A DNA stretch of 62,724 nt, filler included, from Chiloscyllium plagiosum (lineage: Eukaryota): NCBI RefSeq assembly GCF_004010195.1. It is 5 parts of one record of this genome, joined end to end, with 100 filler letters (N's around TTAATTAATTAA, not from the genome) between each part and the next. Parts side by side here need not be neighbours in the genome. Positions count along the whole stretch, not along the records: positions 59,866 to 62,724 come from NC_057712.1; 4 more parts are not named here. The stretch is one strand, 5' to 3'. The position numbers were made by a program, and so were the translations under genes. This document shows, piece by piece, positions 60,110 to 62,724 of the stretch; the first letter of the stretch is position 1, and each line of letters starts with the position of its first letter. The notes beneath the pieces are model-generated. The model saw nothing but the letters and a program-made list of their open reading frames with translations. It ran no database searches and was not told where the DNA came from.

Positions 60110-62724
60110 ATGTGAAGCCTCACCCAAGGATGTCTAATCCTACTATGAAATCTCTATCAAAGATATCTAACACTACTGTGAAGCTTTTTCCAAGGATTCT
60201 AACACTACTGCAAAGCCTTTTCCAAGGATGTCTAACCCTACTGCTAAGCCTCTTCCAAGGATGCCTATCCCTACTGCAAAGCCTCTTCCAAGGTGCTGAA
60301 CATGACTGTAAGCCTCTTCCAAGGATTTCTAACCCTACTGCGAAGCCTCTTCCAAGGCTGTCTAACCCTACTGCGAAGCCACTTCCAAGGATGTCTAACC
60401 CTACTGCGAAGCTTCTTAGAAGGAAGTCGAACACTATTGCGGAGTCACTTCCAAGGATGTCTAACCCTATTGCAAAGCATCTTCCGAGGTGCCTAACCCT
60501 ACTGCGAAGCCTCTTCCAAGATGCTTAACCGGACTGCAAGGCTCTTCTGACGATGTCTAACACTACTGTAAAGCATCTTCCAAGGATGTCAAACCCTACG
60601 TAAAAGCCTCTTCCAAGGATGCCTTACCCTACTGCGAAGCCTCTCCCAAGGATGTCTAACCCTATTGCAAAGCCTCTTCCAATGATATCTAACCATACTG
60701 CAAAGCCTCTTCCAAGGATGTTTTCCCTAATGCGAAGCCACTTGCAAGGATGTCTAACCCTACTGCGAAGCCTCTTTCAAGGAGGTCGAACCCTACTGCG
60801 AAGCCTCTTCCAAGGATGTCTAACCCTACTACAAAGCCTCTTCCAAGGAAGTCTAACCCTACTGCGAAACCTCTTCCAAGGATGTCTAACCCTACCGCGA
60901 GACCTTTTCCATGTGCTTAACACTACTATGAACCTCCTTTCAAGGATGTCTAATGCTGCTACAAAGCCTCTTCCAAGGATGCCTTACCCTACTGCGAAGC
61001 CTCTCCCAAGGATGTCTAACCCTATTGCAAAGCCTCTTCCAATGATATCTAAACATACTGCAAAGCCTCTTCCAAGGATGTTTACCCTAATGCGAAGCCA
61101 CTTGCAAGGATTTCTAACCCTACTGCGAAGCCTCTTCCAAGGATGTCTAACCCTACTGCGAAGCCACTTCTAAGGATGTCTAACCCTATTGCAAAGCATC
61201 TTCCGAGGTGCCTAACCCTACTGCGAAGCCGCTTCCAAGATGCTTAACCGGACTGCAAGGCTCTTCTGAGAATGTCTAACACTACTGTAAAGCATCTTCC
61301 AAGGATGTCAAACCCTACGTCAAAGCCTCTTCCAAGGATGCCTTACCCTACTGCGAAGCCTCTCCCAAGGATGTCTAACCCTATTGCAAAGCCTCTTCCA
61401 ATGATATCTAACCATACTGCAAAGCCTCTTCCAAGGATGTTTACCCTAATGCGAAGCCACTTGCAAGGATGTCTAACCCTACTGCGAAGCCTCTTCCAAG
61501 GATGTCTAAACCTACTGTGAAGCCTCATCTCAGGATGCCTAACACGACTGCAAAGTCTCTTCCAAGGATGCTAATCCCTAAATTGAAGCCTCTTCCAAGG
61601 ATGTCTAATCTTACTGCGAAGCCTCTTCTGAGGATGTCGAACCCTACTGCGAAGTCTCTTCCAAAGATGTCTAACCCTATTGCGAAACCACTTCCAAAGA
61701 TGTCTAATCCTACTGCGAAGCCAGTTCTAAGGATGTCTAATCCTACTTCGAAGTCTCTTCCAAGGATGTCTAACCCAACTGCGAAGTCTCTTCCAAGAAT
61801 GCCTAACCCTATTGCAAAGTCTCTTCCAAGGATGCTAATCCCTACGTTGAAGGATTTCTAACCTTACTGTGAAGCCTCTTTCAAGGATGTCTAACCCTAC
61901 TGCGAAGCTTCTTCTAAGGATGTCTAACCCTACTGCGAAGCCTCTTTCAAGGATGTCTAATCCTACTGCGAAGCCTCTTCTAAGGATGTCCAACCCTGTT
62001 GTGTAGCCTCTTCCAAGGATGCTCAATCCTACTGCGAAGACTCTTCCAAGAATGTCTAATCCTACTGCGAAGCCTCTTCCAAGGATGCCTAACCCTCCTG
62101 CGAAGCCTGTTCCAAGGATGTTTACCCTACTGCGAAGCCACTTTCAAGGGGGTCTAACCCTACTGCGAAGCCTCTTTCAAGGATGTCTAATCCTACTGCG
62201 GAGCCACTTTGAAGGATGTCTAACCATACTGCAAAGCCTCTTTCAAGGAGGTCTAACCCTACTGCGAAGCCACTTCCAAGGATGTCTAATCCCTATGTTG
62301 AAGCCTCTTCCAAGGATGTCTAATCTTACAGTAAAGCCTCTTCCGAGGATGTTGTACCCTACTGCGAAGTCTCTTCCAAAGATGTCTAAACCTACTGCGA
62401 AGTCTCTTCCAAGGATGTCTAATCCTACTGCGAAGTCTCTTCCAAGTATGTCTAATCCTACGGCGAAGTCTCTTCCAAAGATGTCTAAACCTACTGCGAA
62501 GTCTCTTCCAAGGATGTCTAATCCTACTGCGAAGCCTCTTCCAAGGATGCCTAACCCCATTGCAAAGCCTCTTCTAAGGATGCCTAACCAAACAGTGAAG
62601 CCTCTTCCATGGATGTCTAACCCTACTGCAATGGCTCTTCCAAGGAAGTCTAACCCCACTGTGAAGCCACTTCCAAGGGTGCCTAACCCTATCGCGAAGC
62701 CTCTTCTAAGGATGTCTAACCCTA
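60110..62724. repeat. 33-bp satellite (~79 units, runs off the window end) with higher-order structure
   Basis: Consensus CCAAGGATGTCTAACCCTACTGCGAAGCCTCTT. Confidence 0.96.

Noticed and set aside
60097..62659. MSNPTAKPLPR-repeat ORFs
   Set aside because: Translation of a 33-bp satellite with frequent 1-bp indels and stops.
28665..62724. CRISPR-like appearance of the 21/33-bp repeat arrays
   Set aside because: Units are contiguous with no unique spacers, there are no cas genes, and the context is eukaryotic.

Overview
Repeat-dense, non-coding vertebrate genomic DNA. The repeat repertoire (HE1-type V-SINEs, SacSINE1/Deu-type SINEs, CR1/HER1-type LINEs, Penelope-like elements) points to a cartilaginous fish, most likely a shark (inference). 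No host protein-coding gene can be supported; only a few weak micro-exon candidates were seen. The window is five pieces joined by artificial 100-bp gaps (44 N + TTAATTAATTAA + 44 N), so adjacency across those joins is uncertain. Contents: many CR1 fragments, SINEs, Tx1- and Rex1-type LINE remnants, three decayed Harbinger transposases, a decayed Gypsy pol, probable solo LTRs, Tigger-like MITEs, and three minisatellites/satellites (33, 21, 33 bp) whose long ORFs are by-products of periodicity. Three signals stand out. (1) Several Penelope-like families carry minimal type-I hammerhead-ribozyme motifs with conserved stems, variable loops and a C3-G8 to U3-A8 compensatory change. (2) A non-coding ~325-nt hammerhead-containing tandem/inverted unit resembles a retrozyme. 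(3) A young Tx1 LINE has its 3' end arrayed 5-6 times with the 14-bp target-site motif reiterated between units.
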